Source: Candidatus Versatilivorator sp. (GTDB taxonomy: Bacteria; Acidobacteriota; Terriglobia; Versatilivoradales; Versatilivoraceae). Taken from it: DNA of 64,000 bases. The position numbers and the translations under genes are program-made. The stretch is from positions 2,208,001 through 2,272,000 of the forward strand of contig OZ242296.1 of assembly GCA_965207735.1 (NCBI GenBank), given 5' to 3'. Below, piece by piece: positions 18,627-28,352 of the stretch (positions within the stretch are counted from its first letter, which is position 1; every line of letters starts with the position of its first letter). The notes below the pieces were generated by a model. The model had not been told where the DNA came from. It searched no databases and saw nothing but the letters and a program-made list of their open reading frames with translations.

Positions 18627-20130
18627 CCCCCCCGGGAGCGCGGGCGTCTCGCCCGCATTCGACTTGGCATGATGGAAACGATCCCCCTAAGGGTGAGTTG
18701 GGTGCGCTTTGCGAGGGAGTGGCCGGGGGCGGCAGACTGTTTGCAGGAATTCGGTTGCGGGCGGGACGCCCGCGTTCCCGGGGGGGCCATTCCTTTGCCG
18801 GTTTCCCGTGCGTCCATACTTCGTTGGCGACTTGGCGCACCGCACCTATTTCTTGGACCATTCTCGCTTTGGAGGCAATACGGCTCGTGAAGAAAGACCA
18901 CCCGGGAGCGCGGGCGTCTCGCCCGCACAAGGCCTGGCACGAACGTGGCTACCTCCCGCACTTCGATGAAGCGGGAACGGTGCAATTTCTCACTTTCCGC
19001 CTTGTTGACGCGGTTCCCGCCGCGACAGTCACCGCCTGGAAAACCGAACTGAAGCTCAGTGGCGGTGAAACGGCCGACGATCCCCGCTGTGCGCGCCTTC
19101 GCGGCCGAATCGAGCGTTTCGCCGACCAGGGACACGGCGCCTGCTGGCTGAAAGACGCCCGCGCCGCGCAGGTGGTCCAGGATGCGCTGCTGCATTTTGA
19201 CGGTGAGCGGTATCGGCTTCTGGCGTGGGTCATCATGCCCAATCACGTGCATGCGGTAATCGAGACACTGCCCGGCTTTCCCTTGGACGGGGTCATTCAC
19301 TCCTGGAAGTCGTTCACTGCCAAGCGGGCCAATCGACTCTTGGGCCGGACTGGCGCCTTCTGGATGGGAGACTACTTCGACCGCTATGTCCGCGATGAGG
19401 CACATCTCTGGGACGTAATGCGTTACATGGAAGAGAACCCCGCAAAGGCGGGTTTGGTGCGCTTCGCAAGGGAGTGGCCGTGGATGGGAGGCTGTCTACA
19501 GGAATAAGACCCACCCGGGAGCGCGGGCGTCTCGCCCGCACAAGGCCTGGCACCATGGAAACGATCCCCCTAAAGGTGAGTTGGGTGCGCTTTGCGAGGG
19601 AATGGCCGCGGACGGCAGGCGGCTTGCAGGAATAAGGTTGCGGGCGGGACGCCCACCCGGGAGCGCGGGCGTCTCGCCCGCACAAGGCTCGGCACCATGG
19701 AAACGATCCCCCTAAAGGTGAGTTGGGTGCGCTTTGCGAGGGAATGGCCGCGGACGGCAGGCGGCTTGCAGGAATAAGGTTGCGGGCGGGACGCCCACCC
19801 GGGAGCGCGGGCGTCTCGCCCGCACAAGGCTCGGCACGAAGGAAACGATCCCCCTGAAGGTGAGTTGGGTGCGCTTTGCGAGGGAATGGCCGTGGATGGG
19901 AGGCTGTTTGCAGGAATAGGGTTGCGGGCGGGACGCCCGCGTTCCCGGGGGTTTGGTGCACTATGCGAGGGAATGGCCGTGGATGGGAGGCTGTTTGCAG
20001 GAATAAGGTTGCGGGCGAGACGCCCGCGTTCCCGGGGGTTGGTGCACTGTGCGTGGGAATGGCCCTGGACCGCAGGCTGTTTGCAGGAATAAGGTTGCGG
20101 GCGGGACGCCCGCGCTCCCGGGGGGGCCTT
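18627..20130. repeat. Repeat family C: REP/REPIN-like cluster around the RAYT gene (CCCGGGAGCGCGGGCGTCTCGCCCGCA and inverse), 142-bp tandem units downstream
   Basis: Paired inverted REPs at about 18630/18757 and tandem units from about 19514 with 142-bp period. Confidence 0.9.
18887..19507 (+). CDS. REP-associated tyrosine transposase (RAYT, Y1/HUH family)
   Basis: WHERGYLPH, FLTFRL, WVIMPNHVH (HUH), WKSFTA, FW..DYFDRYVRD, Y.EENP.KAGL; GGAGG then GTG at 18887; flanked by REPs. Confidence 0.92.
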   Translation: MKKDHPGARASRPHKAWHERGYLPHFDEAGTVQFLTFRLVDAVPAATVTAWKTELKLSGGETADDPRCARLRGRIERFADQGHGACWLKDARAAQVVQDALLHFDGERYRLLAWVIMPNHVHAVIETLPGFPLDGVIHSWKSFTAKRANRLLGRTGAFWMGDYFDRYVRDEAHLWDVMRYMEENPAKAGLVRFAREWPWMGGCLQE

Positions 20131-20194
20131 TCCAATGGTGCGGTGGGCTCCGACAGTGGCAGCCTTTACCCGTCCGACCGCACGGCAACTCCAC

Positions 20195-22456
20195 TTACTC
20201 TTCTTCCGGCGAATCCGCCGGGCAGCCGGCGGACTCCGGATCCGAATCCGGAATCAACACGCGGATGCGGTGATTGACCCGGTCCGAGAGGTAAATCCTG
20301 CCGGTGCCGGCAATCGCCACGTCGGTGATGGCCCCCAGCCGGGCCTCGGTAGCGGGCACCCCGTCCCCGCTGTTCCCAATCATTCCCGTGCCCGCAATGG
20401 TGCTAATCGTCCCCGTGCAGGCATCCACCTTGCGGATTCTGAAGTTCACCGTGTCCGCGATGAACACGTTGCCCGAAGCGTCTACCGCCACGCCTTCGGG
20501 ATGCCCCAGCATGGCCTCGGCCGCCGGGCCTCCGTCCCCGCCATAACCGAACCGCCCCGTGCCCGCGATCGTGCTGATCGTCCCGGTCCCCGCCTCCACC
20601 TTGCGGATCCGGCTGTTCAACGTGTCCGCGATATAGACGTTGCCGGCGCCATCGACCGCCACACCGACCGGAAGCCTGAGCATGGCCTCGATCGCCGGGC
20701 CCCCGTCTCCGCCGTATCCATGACCGAGCCGTCCTCCGATGCCGGCAATTGTGCTGATCGTCCCCTTTGAAGCATCCACCTTGCGGATGCGGGAGCTGGC
20801 CCTGTCGGAGATGTAGAGGTTGCCGGCGATGTCGACCGCCACGTCATGAGGGTACGCCAGCATGGCCTCGGTCGCCGGGCCCCCGTCCCCGCCATAACCG
20901 AACCGCCCCGTGCCCGCGACCGTGCTGATCGTCCCGGTCCCCGCCTCCACCTTGCGGATCCGGTGATTGTAGGTGTCGGCGAGGTAGATGCTCCCGGAAT
21001 CATCCGCCGCAACGCCCACGGGGAACCCCAATCGGGCCCCGGTGGCCCGTTCGCCGTCGCCGCTGTCACCTCCTTCTCCCGTCCCCGCCCGGGTGGTGAT
21101 CCCGCCCGCCGAGAGGCTCGACTGGCGGATCCGGTTATAGCCGTAGTCCGCGGTGAAGATGTTGCCGAAGCCATCCACCGCCAGGCCGCGTGGTCTCGAG
21201 AGCTTGCCGGGCCCGGCCAGGGAATTATCCACCTGTCCCCCGCCGGCAATCGTGTCGATCGTGCCCGTCTCCGCGTCCAGCTTGCGGACCCGGTTATGGG
21301 CAGCGATATAGACGTTTCCGGCGCCGTCCACCGACACCCCCCTAACCAATCCGACTCGGGCCTCGGTCGCCGGGCCCCCGTCCCCGCTGTAACCGCGCTC
21401 CCCCACGCCCGCGATCGTTTGGATCGTCCCGGTGGCTCCATCCACCTTGCGGATGCGGTACCAGTCCGCGATGTAGAGATTGCCGGCGCCGTCCAACGCC
21501 ACTCCCTCGATTCGGCTCAGTCCAGCCTCGATGGCGGGTCCGCCGTCCCCGCTGAAACGAGCTTCTCCGTTCCCCGCGACGGTGCTGATCACGCCGCTGG
21601 CCCCATCCACCATGCGGATGCGGTCGTTCCCGTAATCCGCCACGTAGAGCTTTCCGGAATCATCCACCGCCAGGCCCCGCATCTCTCCCAACTGCGCCTC
21701 GGTGGCCGGGGCCCCGTCTCCGTCGAAGCCCCGCTCTCCGGTCCCTGCGACCGTACTGATCGATCCCGTGGCCCCATCCACTTTGCGGATGCGGAATCTG
21801 CCCCCGATGTAGAGGTTCCCGGCGGCATCCACCGCCAAGTCGCCGGCAAAGAGCCGGGCTTCGGTCGCCGGGCCCCCGTCCCCGCTGTAACCGCGTTTTC
21901 CCGTGCCGGCCACCACGCTGATGGTTCCCGTCATCGGGTCCACCTTGCGAACCACGGTGCCGGCCGGGATGTAGAGGTTGCCCTGACCGTCCACCGCCAC
22001 CGCGCCGGGGAATCCCACCTGAGCCTCCCTTGCCGGCCCACCGTCGCCGACCCGGCCCGGTTCGCCGGTGCCGGCGATCGTGTCAATCATTCCCGTCACC
22101 CCGTCCACCCTGCGGATGCGGTGGTGTCCCCAATCGGCGATGTAGAGATTGCCGCCGGAATCGACCGCCACCGCACGGGGGGACTCGAGCCAGGCCCGGG
22201 TGGCCGGGCTGCGGTCCCAGACGTCGTCGTTCCCCGCAACGGAGTCGAGCGTGTAGCCCGAGTGGGAAATGTCGATCGGTTCAACGACGTCTTGCCCGAG
22301 GAGCATGCAGGGAGCCAGGAGGAGGGCCAGTCCGGCGGCGACGGCAACCGTCATCTCCAGCAGGGCCCGGCCAAGCGTCCCACGGTCGCCTTCGGAGAGC
22401 CCATCTCCCGGATTGGTCAAGTGGATGGAGTGGCTACTGGAATCGGGGTAAATCAT
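20195..22456 (-). CDS. Exported NHL-repeat (teneurin-like beta-propeller) protein
   Basis: About 11 repeats of AVD..GNLYIAD..N.RIRKVD..TGTISTIAGTG..G..GDGGPATEA; hydrophobic signal-like segment near the N-terminus; start uncertain. Confidence 0.9.
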   Translation of the reverse strand: MIYPDSSSHSIHLTNPGDGLSEGDRGTLGRALLEMTVAVAAGLALLLAPCMLLGQDVVEPIDISHSGYTLDSVAGNDDVWDRSPATRAWLESPRAVAVDSGGNLYIADWGHHRIRRVDGVTGMIDTIAGTGEPGRVGDGGPAREAQVGFPGAVAVDGQGNLYIPAGTVVRKVDPMTGTISVVAGTGKRGYSGDGGPATEARLFAGDLAVDAAGNLYIGGRFRIRKVDGATGSISTVAGTGERGFDGDGAPATEAQLGEMRGLAVDDSGKLYVADYGNDRIRMVDGASGVISTVAGNGEARFSGDGGPAIEAGLSRIEGVALDGAGNLYIADWYRIRKVDGATGTIQTIAGVGERGYSGDGGPATEARVGLVRGVSVDGAGNVYIAAHNRVRKLDAETGTIDTIAGGGQVDNSLAGPGKLSRPRGLAVDGFGNIFTADYGYNRIRQSSLSAGGITTRAGTGEGGDSGDGERATGARLGFPVGVAADDSGSIYLADTYNHRIRKVEAGTGTISTVAGTGRFGYGGDGGPATEAMLAYPHDVAVDIAGNLYISDRASSRIRKVDASKGTISTIAGIGGRLGHGYGGDGGPAIEAMLRLPVGVAVDGAGNVYIADTLNSRIRKVEAGTGTISTIAGTGRFGYGGDGGPAAEAMLGHPEGVAVDASGNVFIADTVNFRIRKVDACTGTISTIAGTGMIGNSGDGVPATEARLGAITDVAIAGTGRIYLSDRVNHRIRVLIPDSDPESAGCPADSPEEE

Positions 22457-22702
22457 GGTCTTGCTCCTCCTATGCGGCCGGGCAGGCGGGCGGCACAGTT
22501 TATTGGCCTGAAGGGAGAATCTGTTTCAGGAAGGAACCCTATCCCGTGGCCGCCAGGTCGAATCACCGGCGACAACGAGTGAACCGTCCATTTTCCCTTT
22601 TCCGTGGAATCGGGCAGTCCGATGCCGTATCGACCACAAGGGTTGCCTCCTATCTGTTTCAGACCCAGTCGGAGTTCGATCCCGATAAGGCAACCACAGG
22701 GG

Positions 22703-23045
22703 TTGATCCACCAGGGAACACGAAGGTCGGCGAAGGGTCACCAAGGAGTTGGAGGACGATCCAGAGGGGTCCGCCAAGGGTCGGGAGCGGCGAAGGAGCA
22801 AAGCCACCCGGGAGCGCGGGCGTCTCGCCCGCACAAGGCCCGGCACCATGGAAACGATCCCCTAAAGGTGAGTTGGGTGCGACTTGCGAGGGAATGGCCG
22901 TGGATTGCAGGCTGTTTGCAGGAATAAGGTTGCGGGCGGGACGCCCGCGCTCCCGGGGGGTTTGGCGCGACTTGCGAGGGAGTGGCCACGGACGGCAGGC
23001 TGTTTGCAGGAATAAGGTTGCGGGCGGGACGCCCGCGCTCCCGGG
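22703..23045. repeat. Family D unit followed by family C mini-element
   Basis: ATCCACCAGGGAACACGAAGG... then CCCGGGAGCGCGGGCGTCTCGCCCGCACAAGGCCCGGCACCATGGAAACG...TGCGGGCGGGACGCCCGCGCTCCCGG. Confidence 0.8.
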
Positions 23046-23155
23046 CCAACCTTCATACTCTAGCGGTTTGGTGGTACACTGTGCAGGCATCGGTTTCCTT
23101 CCAGAATAGATTTAACTAACTGGATAAGAGTAACTTAACGAATTCCGATACCGGA

Positions 23156-24316
23156 ATGGACACCACGCCGAACGAGCCGCACGACCTCGATAGTCCCGGC
23201 AAGAGCCAGACGGTATCCATCGTGGTGCCGACCTTTCGCGAGGCGGCCAACATTCCCCGCCTGGCCGAGCGCATTCAGGCCGCCCTCTCCGACAGCGGAC
23301 TTGCCTGGGAGCTGCTGCTGGTCGACGACAACTCGGAGGACGGTAGCGAGGCCGTGGCGGCGGAGCTGGCGGGCCGCCTGCCCGTGCGCCTGGTGACGCG
23401 CCGCCGACCGCCTCGGGACCTGTCGCTCTCCGTGATCGAGGGAATCCGGCTCAGCCGCTTCGACCGGCTGGTGGTGATGGATGCCGATCTGTCCCATCCG
23501 CCCGAGCGCATCGCCGATCTGCTGGCCGCCCTCGAGGCCGATTGCGACATGGTGATCGGCAGCCGCTACGCGCCGGGCGGCCTCATCGATCGGACCTGGA
23601 GCCCCTGGCGCTTGCTGAATTCCCGCCTGGCAACCTCATTGGCGCTTCCCCTGGTCGGCTGCTCCGATCCCATGGCCGGGTTCTTCGCGACCGACCGCCG
23701 CCGGCTACCGGACCTTCAGAGCTTGCAACCCATCGGCTACAAGATCGCCCTGGAGCTGATGGTGCGCGGGAAATTGCGGGTCAAGGAACTGCCCATCGAC
23801 TTCCGCGACCGCAGCCTGGGCTCCAGCAAGATGAACTGGAGGCAGCAGCTCAACTACCTACGTCACCTGTACCGTCTCTACCGGTGCAAGTTCGGCGGGC
23901 CGACCCGGCTTCTCTGCTTCGGGCTGGTAGGCGCCAGCGGCCTGGTGATCGATGTCGCTTGCTACCTCGGTCTGCAGTGGATCGGCCTCGAGCACCGCCT
24001 GGCGCGTTTGCTGTCCTTCTGGCCGGCCGTCACCTGGAACTGGCGCCTCAACCGGAGCTTCACCTTCGGCGAGCGCCCTCGGGAGCCCCGCGTGCACCAA
24101 TGGGGAAAGTTCGTGGCCGGCAGCCTGGTGGGGCTCAGCGTGAACGTGGGCGGCTACACGGTCTTGACCAGCCTGGTCGACTTCTTCGCCTCTCATCGAC
24201 TGCTGGCGCTCCTGTTGGGCGTCCTCCTGGGCACCGTCGTCAACTTTCTGCTTGCAAACCTCTATGTCTATCGCCTGCACTCGGAAAGGCCTGGAATCGA
24301 GGCTTCAGGGAAATGA
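23156..24316 (+). CDS. Polyprenol-phosphate mannose synthase-like GT2 fused to a GtrA-like membrane domain
   Basis: SIVVPTFRE, VDDNSEDG, VMDADLSHPP, GSRY..GG, DPMAGFF, GYKI.LE (DPM1/Ppm1-like); C-terminal FGLVGASG...WN..LNR.FTF GtrA pattern. Confidence 0.88.
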   Translation: MDTTPNEPHDLDSPGKSQTVSIVVPTFREAANIPRLAERIQAALSDSGLAWELLLVDDNSEDGSEAVAAELAGRLPVRLVTRRRPPRDLSLSVIEGIRLSRFDRLVVMDADLSHPPERIADLLAALEADCDMVIGSRYAPGGLIDRTWSPWRLLNSRLATSLALPLVGCSDPMAGFFATDRRRLPDLQSLQPIGYKIALELMVRGKLRVKELPIDFRDRSLGSSKMNWRQQLNYLRHLYRLYRCKFGGPTRLLCFGLVGASGLVIDVACYLGLQWIGLEHRLARLLSFWPAVTWNWRLNRSFTFGERPREPRVHQWGKFVAGSLVGLSVNVGGYTVLTSLVDFFASHRLLALLLGVLLGTVVNFLLANLYVYRLHSERPGIEASGK

Positions 24317-25980
24317 CCAAGCGGAAGAAAGCAAGAAGAAACCGGCCCCGAGCGCGACGGGCCGCCGCGCAGCCCGCCTTGCCACGGATTCGGGCGGCGC
24401 TCGACATCCTGCTGCATCCAAGGCAGACCGACCGGCCCTGGAAATATCTGCCGCTGGTGCTGGCGCTGGCATTTGCGGTGCGCTCCGCGGTGGCTTTGTC
24501 GGGTGACTTCGTTCTGCACCCCGACGAGATCATGCAGTACCTGGAGCCGGCACACCGCCTGGTTTTCGGCAGCGGCGTCACCTACTGGGAATACTTCTAC
24601 GGCGCGCGCTCCTGGCTGGTGCCCGGAACGGTGGCCGGCGTCCTCATGCTGTTCGACGCCGTCGGCCTGGGTCAGCCGTCCTGGTACGTGGGCGGCGTCA
24701 AGCTGCTGTTCTGCGCCATCTCGCTGACGATTCCGGCCGGCATGTACTTCTTTGCCCGACGCCACTTCAGCGAAACCGCAGGGAGAGTAGCCTTGCTGGC
24801 GGGCGCCTTCTGGTACGAACTGGCCGGCTTCGCCCACAAACCCATGACCGAGTTCGTAGCCACGGCTCCGCTGGTGGCGCTGCTGGCGCTCTCCGTGCGG
24901 CCCTCCCCGGCAAACGCCCGCACGGTCTGGATGGCGGCCTTTCTCGGCGTCCTGACGGCAGCCATACGGTTGCAGTACGCACCGGTTGCGCTGGTGCTGC
25001 TGGGAATCGTGTTTCTGCGAACCGGGAAGAGGATTCAGCTCACACTGGCCGGGGCCGGGTTTGCCGTCGCCTTCGGCCTGTTCGACGCTATCTCGTGGAA
25101 CGGCGGCCTGTTCCACTCCTACGTCACCAACATCCGCTTCAACCTCGTTCTCGGTGCGGCGCGCACCGGAGAGAGTCCGGCCTACCAGTTCCTGTTGTGG
25201 CTCGCCATCGCGGGCCTGGGGCTGAGCCTGCTTTGCCTGGCGATGGCCTTGCGCCGGGTGCGGCGCTACGGATTCCTGCTGGGGCTGATCGCCCTGGTCC
25301 TGCTGCTGCATTCCCTGCAAGCCCACAAGGAGTACCGTTTCATCTTTGCCGTCATTCCGCTCTGGATCCTGATCGGCGCCGACCTGGCGGCGCGGTTGGC
25401 GGCGCGCGGGGACGGGTCGCGCCGGTTTGCCGGACTTGCAGCCGCCGGGTTCGCCGCCGTTTCCCTGGCAGGGATCCTGAATGGACTGCCCTACCAGGAC
25501 CGGGTGTACCGAGCCTGGTCGAGGGAGACCGGAGTGGTGGGCTTCGTCCGCAATCAGGACCCCATCTTCCCCGCTTATCGCTATCTTGCCCGCGCGCCCG
25601 GGGTGACCGGGGTATGGCAGGTCGACCGCGCCTATTACAATCTCCCGGGATACTACTACCTGCACCGCAAGATACCCTTCTACGACAGGGGCACGGGGAC
25701 CAGCCTCAAAGGGAATGTGGAAGCGGTTTCGTCCCGGGTCAGTCACATCGTATCCGCGGACCCCGGCTTTTCCGTTCCCGGATACTCCCTGGACCAGACA
25801 TTCGGCGAAGTTCGCATCTTGCGCCGCGACGAGAACGAACCGCCCGTCCGACCCTGGATCGACTACGCTCCCATCATGGTGTCCAATCGCTTTAGACGGA
25901 TTATCAGGCGGATAGATCCGGACAGCCCTTCTCCGCCGGCCAATTTCGGGATCCGATTTGCAGACCGGGAAAGGCCGTAG
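24313..25980 (+). CDS. GT22 (PIG-B/ALG9-like) membrane mannosyltransferase
   Basis: HPDEIMQYLEPAH...G...WEY...ARSW and HKEYRFIF motifs; about ten TM helices; ATGA overlap with the upstream gene. Confidence 0.82.
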   Translation: MTKRKKARRNRPRARRAAAQPALPRIRAALDILLHPRQTDRPWKYLPLVLALAFAVRSAVALSGDFVLHPDEIMQYLEPAHRLVFGSGVTYWEYFYGARSWLVPGTVAGVLMLFDAVGLGQPSWYVGGVKLLFCAISLTIPAGMYFFARRHFSETAGRVALLAGAFWYELAGFAHKPMTEFVATAPLVALLALSVRPSPANARTVWMAAFLGVLTAAIRLQYAPVALVLLGIVFLRTGKRIQLTLAGAGFAVAFGLFDAISWNGGLFHSYVTNIRFNLVLGAARTGESPAYQFLLWLAIAGLGLSLLCLAMALRRVRRYGFLLGLIALVLLLHSLQAHKEYRFIFAVIPLWILIGADLAARLAARGDGSRRFAGLAAAGFAAVSLAGILNGLPYQDRVYRAWSRETGVVGFVRNQDPIFPAYRYLARAPGVTGVWQVDRAYYNLPGYYYLHRKIPFYDRGTGTSLKGNVEAVSSRVSHIVSADPGFSVPGYSLDQTFGEVRILRRDENEPPVRPWIDYAPIMVSNRFRRIIRRIDPDSPSPPANFGIRFADRERP

Positions 25981-25983
25981 CCG

Positions 25984-28149
25984 ATGGCGCAGAGAAACAA
26001 GACGAGACCGAGCAAGCGCAAGCGATCGGCCTTGAGGGCAGCCTCCTCGCCCAAGGCAAGTGCCCCCGGCACAACCGAAACCGGAAGGGCTCAATCGTCC
26101 CCGGTTCCTCGCGAGTCCAGGCGGTTGTTTGACCGGTTCTCGGGCCGGGGTGCGCTGGCCGCCCTGGCGCTGGGCCTGCTGGCGGGGGTGTGCTACCTGC
26201 CGGCAATGCTTTGGGGCGGCTTTGTCTGGGATGACTTCATCTGGTTTCAGTCCCGGGCGGTGCTGGAGTGGTCCGGCCTCGGCGACATCTGGTCCTGGCC
26301 GTCGCGCATTCACCGAGAGGTGCACTACTGGCCTCTGACCTATACCACCTTTTGGCTGGAACACAAGATGTGGGGCCTGGCTCCGGCCGGCTATCACATC
26401 GTCAACGTGCTGCTGCACCTGCTGAACTCCCTGCTGGTGTGGCGCCTGCTGCTGCGCCTGGCCGTGCCCGGGGCCTGGGTTGCGGCCGCCGTGTTCGCCG
26501 TGCATCCGACGCACGTGGAGTCGGTGGCCTGGATCATCGAGCGCAAGGACGTGCTTTCGGGTCTTTTCTACCTGGCTGCCGTGCTGGTCTGGCTGCGCTT
26601 CCTGGAAAAACCGCGACCCTGGCGCTACGGCCTGGCGCTGCTGCTGTTCGCGGCGGGCCTGTTGAGCAAGTCCATGGTGGTGACGCTGCCGGCGGCCTTG
26701 CTGATTGTCCAGTGGTGGAGGAACGGCCGCATCGCGGTTCGGGATCTGCGGCGCATGGCCCCGTTCTTCCTGGTGGCTCTGCTCATCACGGCACTGGATC
26801 TCTACTCGGTCGGTTCGAAGTCCAGTCTGCTGGACTACTCGCTTCCCGAGAAGATGCTCATCGCGTCGCGGGCCTTGTGGTTCTACGCGGGCAAACTGGT
26901 CTGGCCGGCCGATCTGGCCATCATCTACCCGCGGTGGGACATCAGCCTCGGGGAACCCTGGGCTTGGCTCTACCTGGCCGGGGCGGGTGCACTGGCAGCC
27001 ACGCTGTGGTCGATGCGCCACAGGATTGGGCGCGGTCCGCTGGCCGGAGCCTTGTTCTTCGCAGTGACGCTGTCGCCGGTGCTGGGCTTCGTGAATCACG
27101 GTTACATGGACTACTCCCTGGTGGCCGACCGCTTTCAATACCTGGCCGGCATCGGGGTCATGGCAGTCCTCATCGGCGCCGCCGTACAGGGCGCCGGCCG
27201 GCTGCAGGGCCGATTGAAGTGGGGGGCGGCGGGTCTTCTGGTGGTGGTGCTGGCGCTTCTTGGAACCATGACCTGGAGCCAGGCGGGAATCTACCGGGAC
27301 AAGATCACCTTCTTCAGCCACATCGTCTCTCTCAATCCGGAGGCGCGGAACGCTCACTTCAATCTCAGCCAGGCCTTGGGCAGGGCAGGCCGTACCGAGG
27401 AAGCCCTGGCCCCCGCCCGGATGGCCGTGGAACAGCGCCCGGATGATGCCAGAGCCCTTTGCATGCTCGGTTCCGTACTGATTCACATGGAACGGTTCGC
27501 CGAGGCCGAGGAGACCTTGCGCCGCGCCCTGGAGATCGATCCCGACCACAAGTGCAGTCGCCGGGAAATGGCCCATATGCTACGGATGCAAGGACGCCGT
27601 GAGGAAGCGCTCGACGCCTATCGCGCGCTGCTTGAAATCTACCCCAACTACGCCCTGGCCTATGCCTACGTCGGCCGTGTGCTGGTTCAGCTCCAGCAAT
27701 ACGAAGAGGCCGTCAACCCCCTGAGCAAGGCCCTGGCAATGACCAGGGCGGCATCGTCCGTGACGGCGGAATTGCCCAAACCCGTGTCTGTTCATGTGCT
27801 CCTGGGCACGGCCTTGCGGGAGCTGGGGCGGACCCGGGCGGCGGAGGATCACTTCCGGCAAGCCCTGCAGCTCGACCCGCGCAACAGGGAGGCGCTCGAC
27901 CAGGTCGCCGCGGCGCATTTCAGGCGGAAGCGTTTCCAGGAGGCGCTCGATCTCTATCGAACCCTGTTGGAGATCGCTCCCGACGCGGCATCCGCTCACG
28001 CCGACATCGGCGTGACCCTCTACTACCTGGACCGAACCGAAGAAGCCATCCGGAGCCTGGAGCGGGCTCTTGCCCTGGACCCGTCCCTGGAAACGGCCAG
28101 AAACAATCTCGAAGAGATCCGCAAGAGAATCCGGCAACCGGAGGAATAG
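25984..28149 (+). CDS. TMTC-like GT-C membrane protein with C-terminal TPRs, copy 1
   Basis: FVWDD acidic motif after TM1, YWPLT, YH.VNV.LH, FAVHP.HVESVAWI.ERKD, ADRFQYL, TPR array. Confidence 0.85.
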   Translation: MAQRNKTRPSKRKRSALRAASSPKASAPGTTETGRAQSSPVPRESRRLFDRFSGRGALAALALGLLAGVCYLPAMLWGGFVWDDFIWFQSRAVLEWSGLGDIWSWPSRIHREVHYWPLTYTTFWLEHKMWGLAPAGYHIVNVLLHLLNSLLVWRLLLRLAVPGAWVAAAVFAVHPTHVESVAWIIERKDVLSGLFYLAAVLVWLRFLEKPRPWRYGLALLLFAAGLLSKSMVVTLPAALLIVQWWRNGRIAVRDLRRMAPFFLVALLITALDLYSVGSKSSLLDYSLPEKMLIASRALWFYAGKLVWPADLAIIYPRWDISLGEPWAWLYLAGAGALAATLWSMRHRIGRGPLAGALFFAVTLSPVLGFVNHGYMDYSLVADRFQYLAGIGVMAVLIGAAVQGAGRLQGRLKWGAAGLLVVVLALLGTMTWSQAGIYRDKITFFSHIVSLNPEARNAHFNLSQALGRAGRTEEALAPARMAVEQRPDDARALCMLGSVLIHMERFAEAEETLRRALEIDPDHKCSRREMAHMLRMQGRREEALDAYRALLEIYPNYALAYAYVGRVLVQLQQYEEAVNPLSKALAMTRAASSVTAELPKPVSVHVLLGTALRELGRTRAAEDHFRQALQLDPRNREALDQVAAAHFRRKRFQEALDLYRTLLEIAPDAASAHADIGVTLYYLDRTEEAIRSLERALALDPSLETARNNLEEIRKRIRQPEE

Positions 28150-28180
28150 TGGCTCGAAGAAGCGCGAACAGAGAGCAAAG

Positions 28181-28337
28181 ACCCCCCGGGAGCGCGGGCG
28201 TCCCGCCTGCACAAGGCCCGGCACCAAGGAAGAGAACTCCGTAGTGGCGGTTTCGGTGCGCTTTGCAAGGGAGTGGCGTGGGTGGGAGGCAGTTTGCAGG
28301 AAAAAGGATGCGGGCGGGAGGCCCGCCCCCCCGGGGG
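28181..28337. repeat. Family C mini-element between the TMTC paralogs
   Basis: REP, CACAAGGCCCGGCAC, RAYT-3'-like spacer, inverted REP. Confidence 0.8.
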
Positions 28338-28352
28338 AAGAAGGGAAACAGA

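Noticed and set aside
23542-24312. N-terminal extension of the 812-aa ORF
   Set aside because: It overlaps the GT2-GtrA gene out of frame; the GT22 gene starts at the ATGA overlap at 24313.
24268-27576. 1102-aa antisense ORF and similar long ORFs (2678-4675, 16626-18890, 41947-44577)
   Set aside because: Shadow or alternate frames of well-supported genes in high-GC DNA, with no recognisable motifs.
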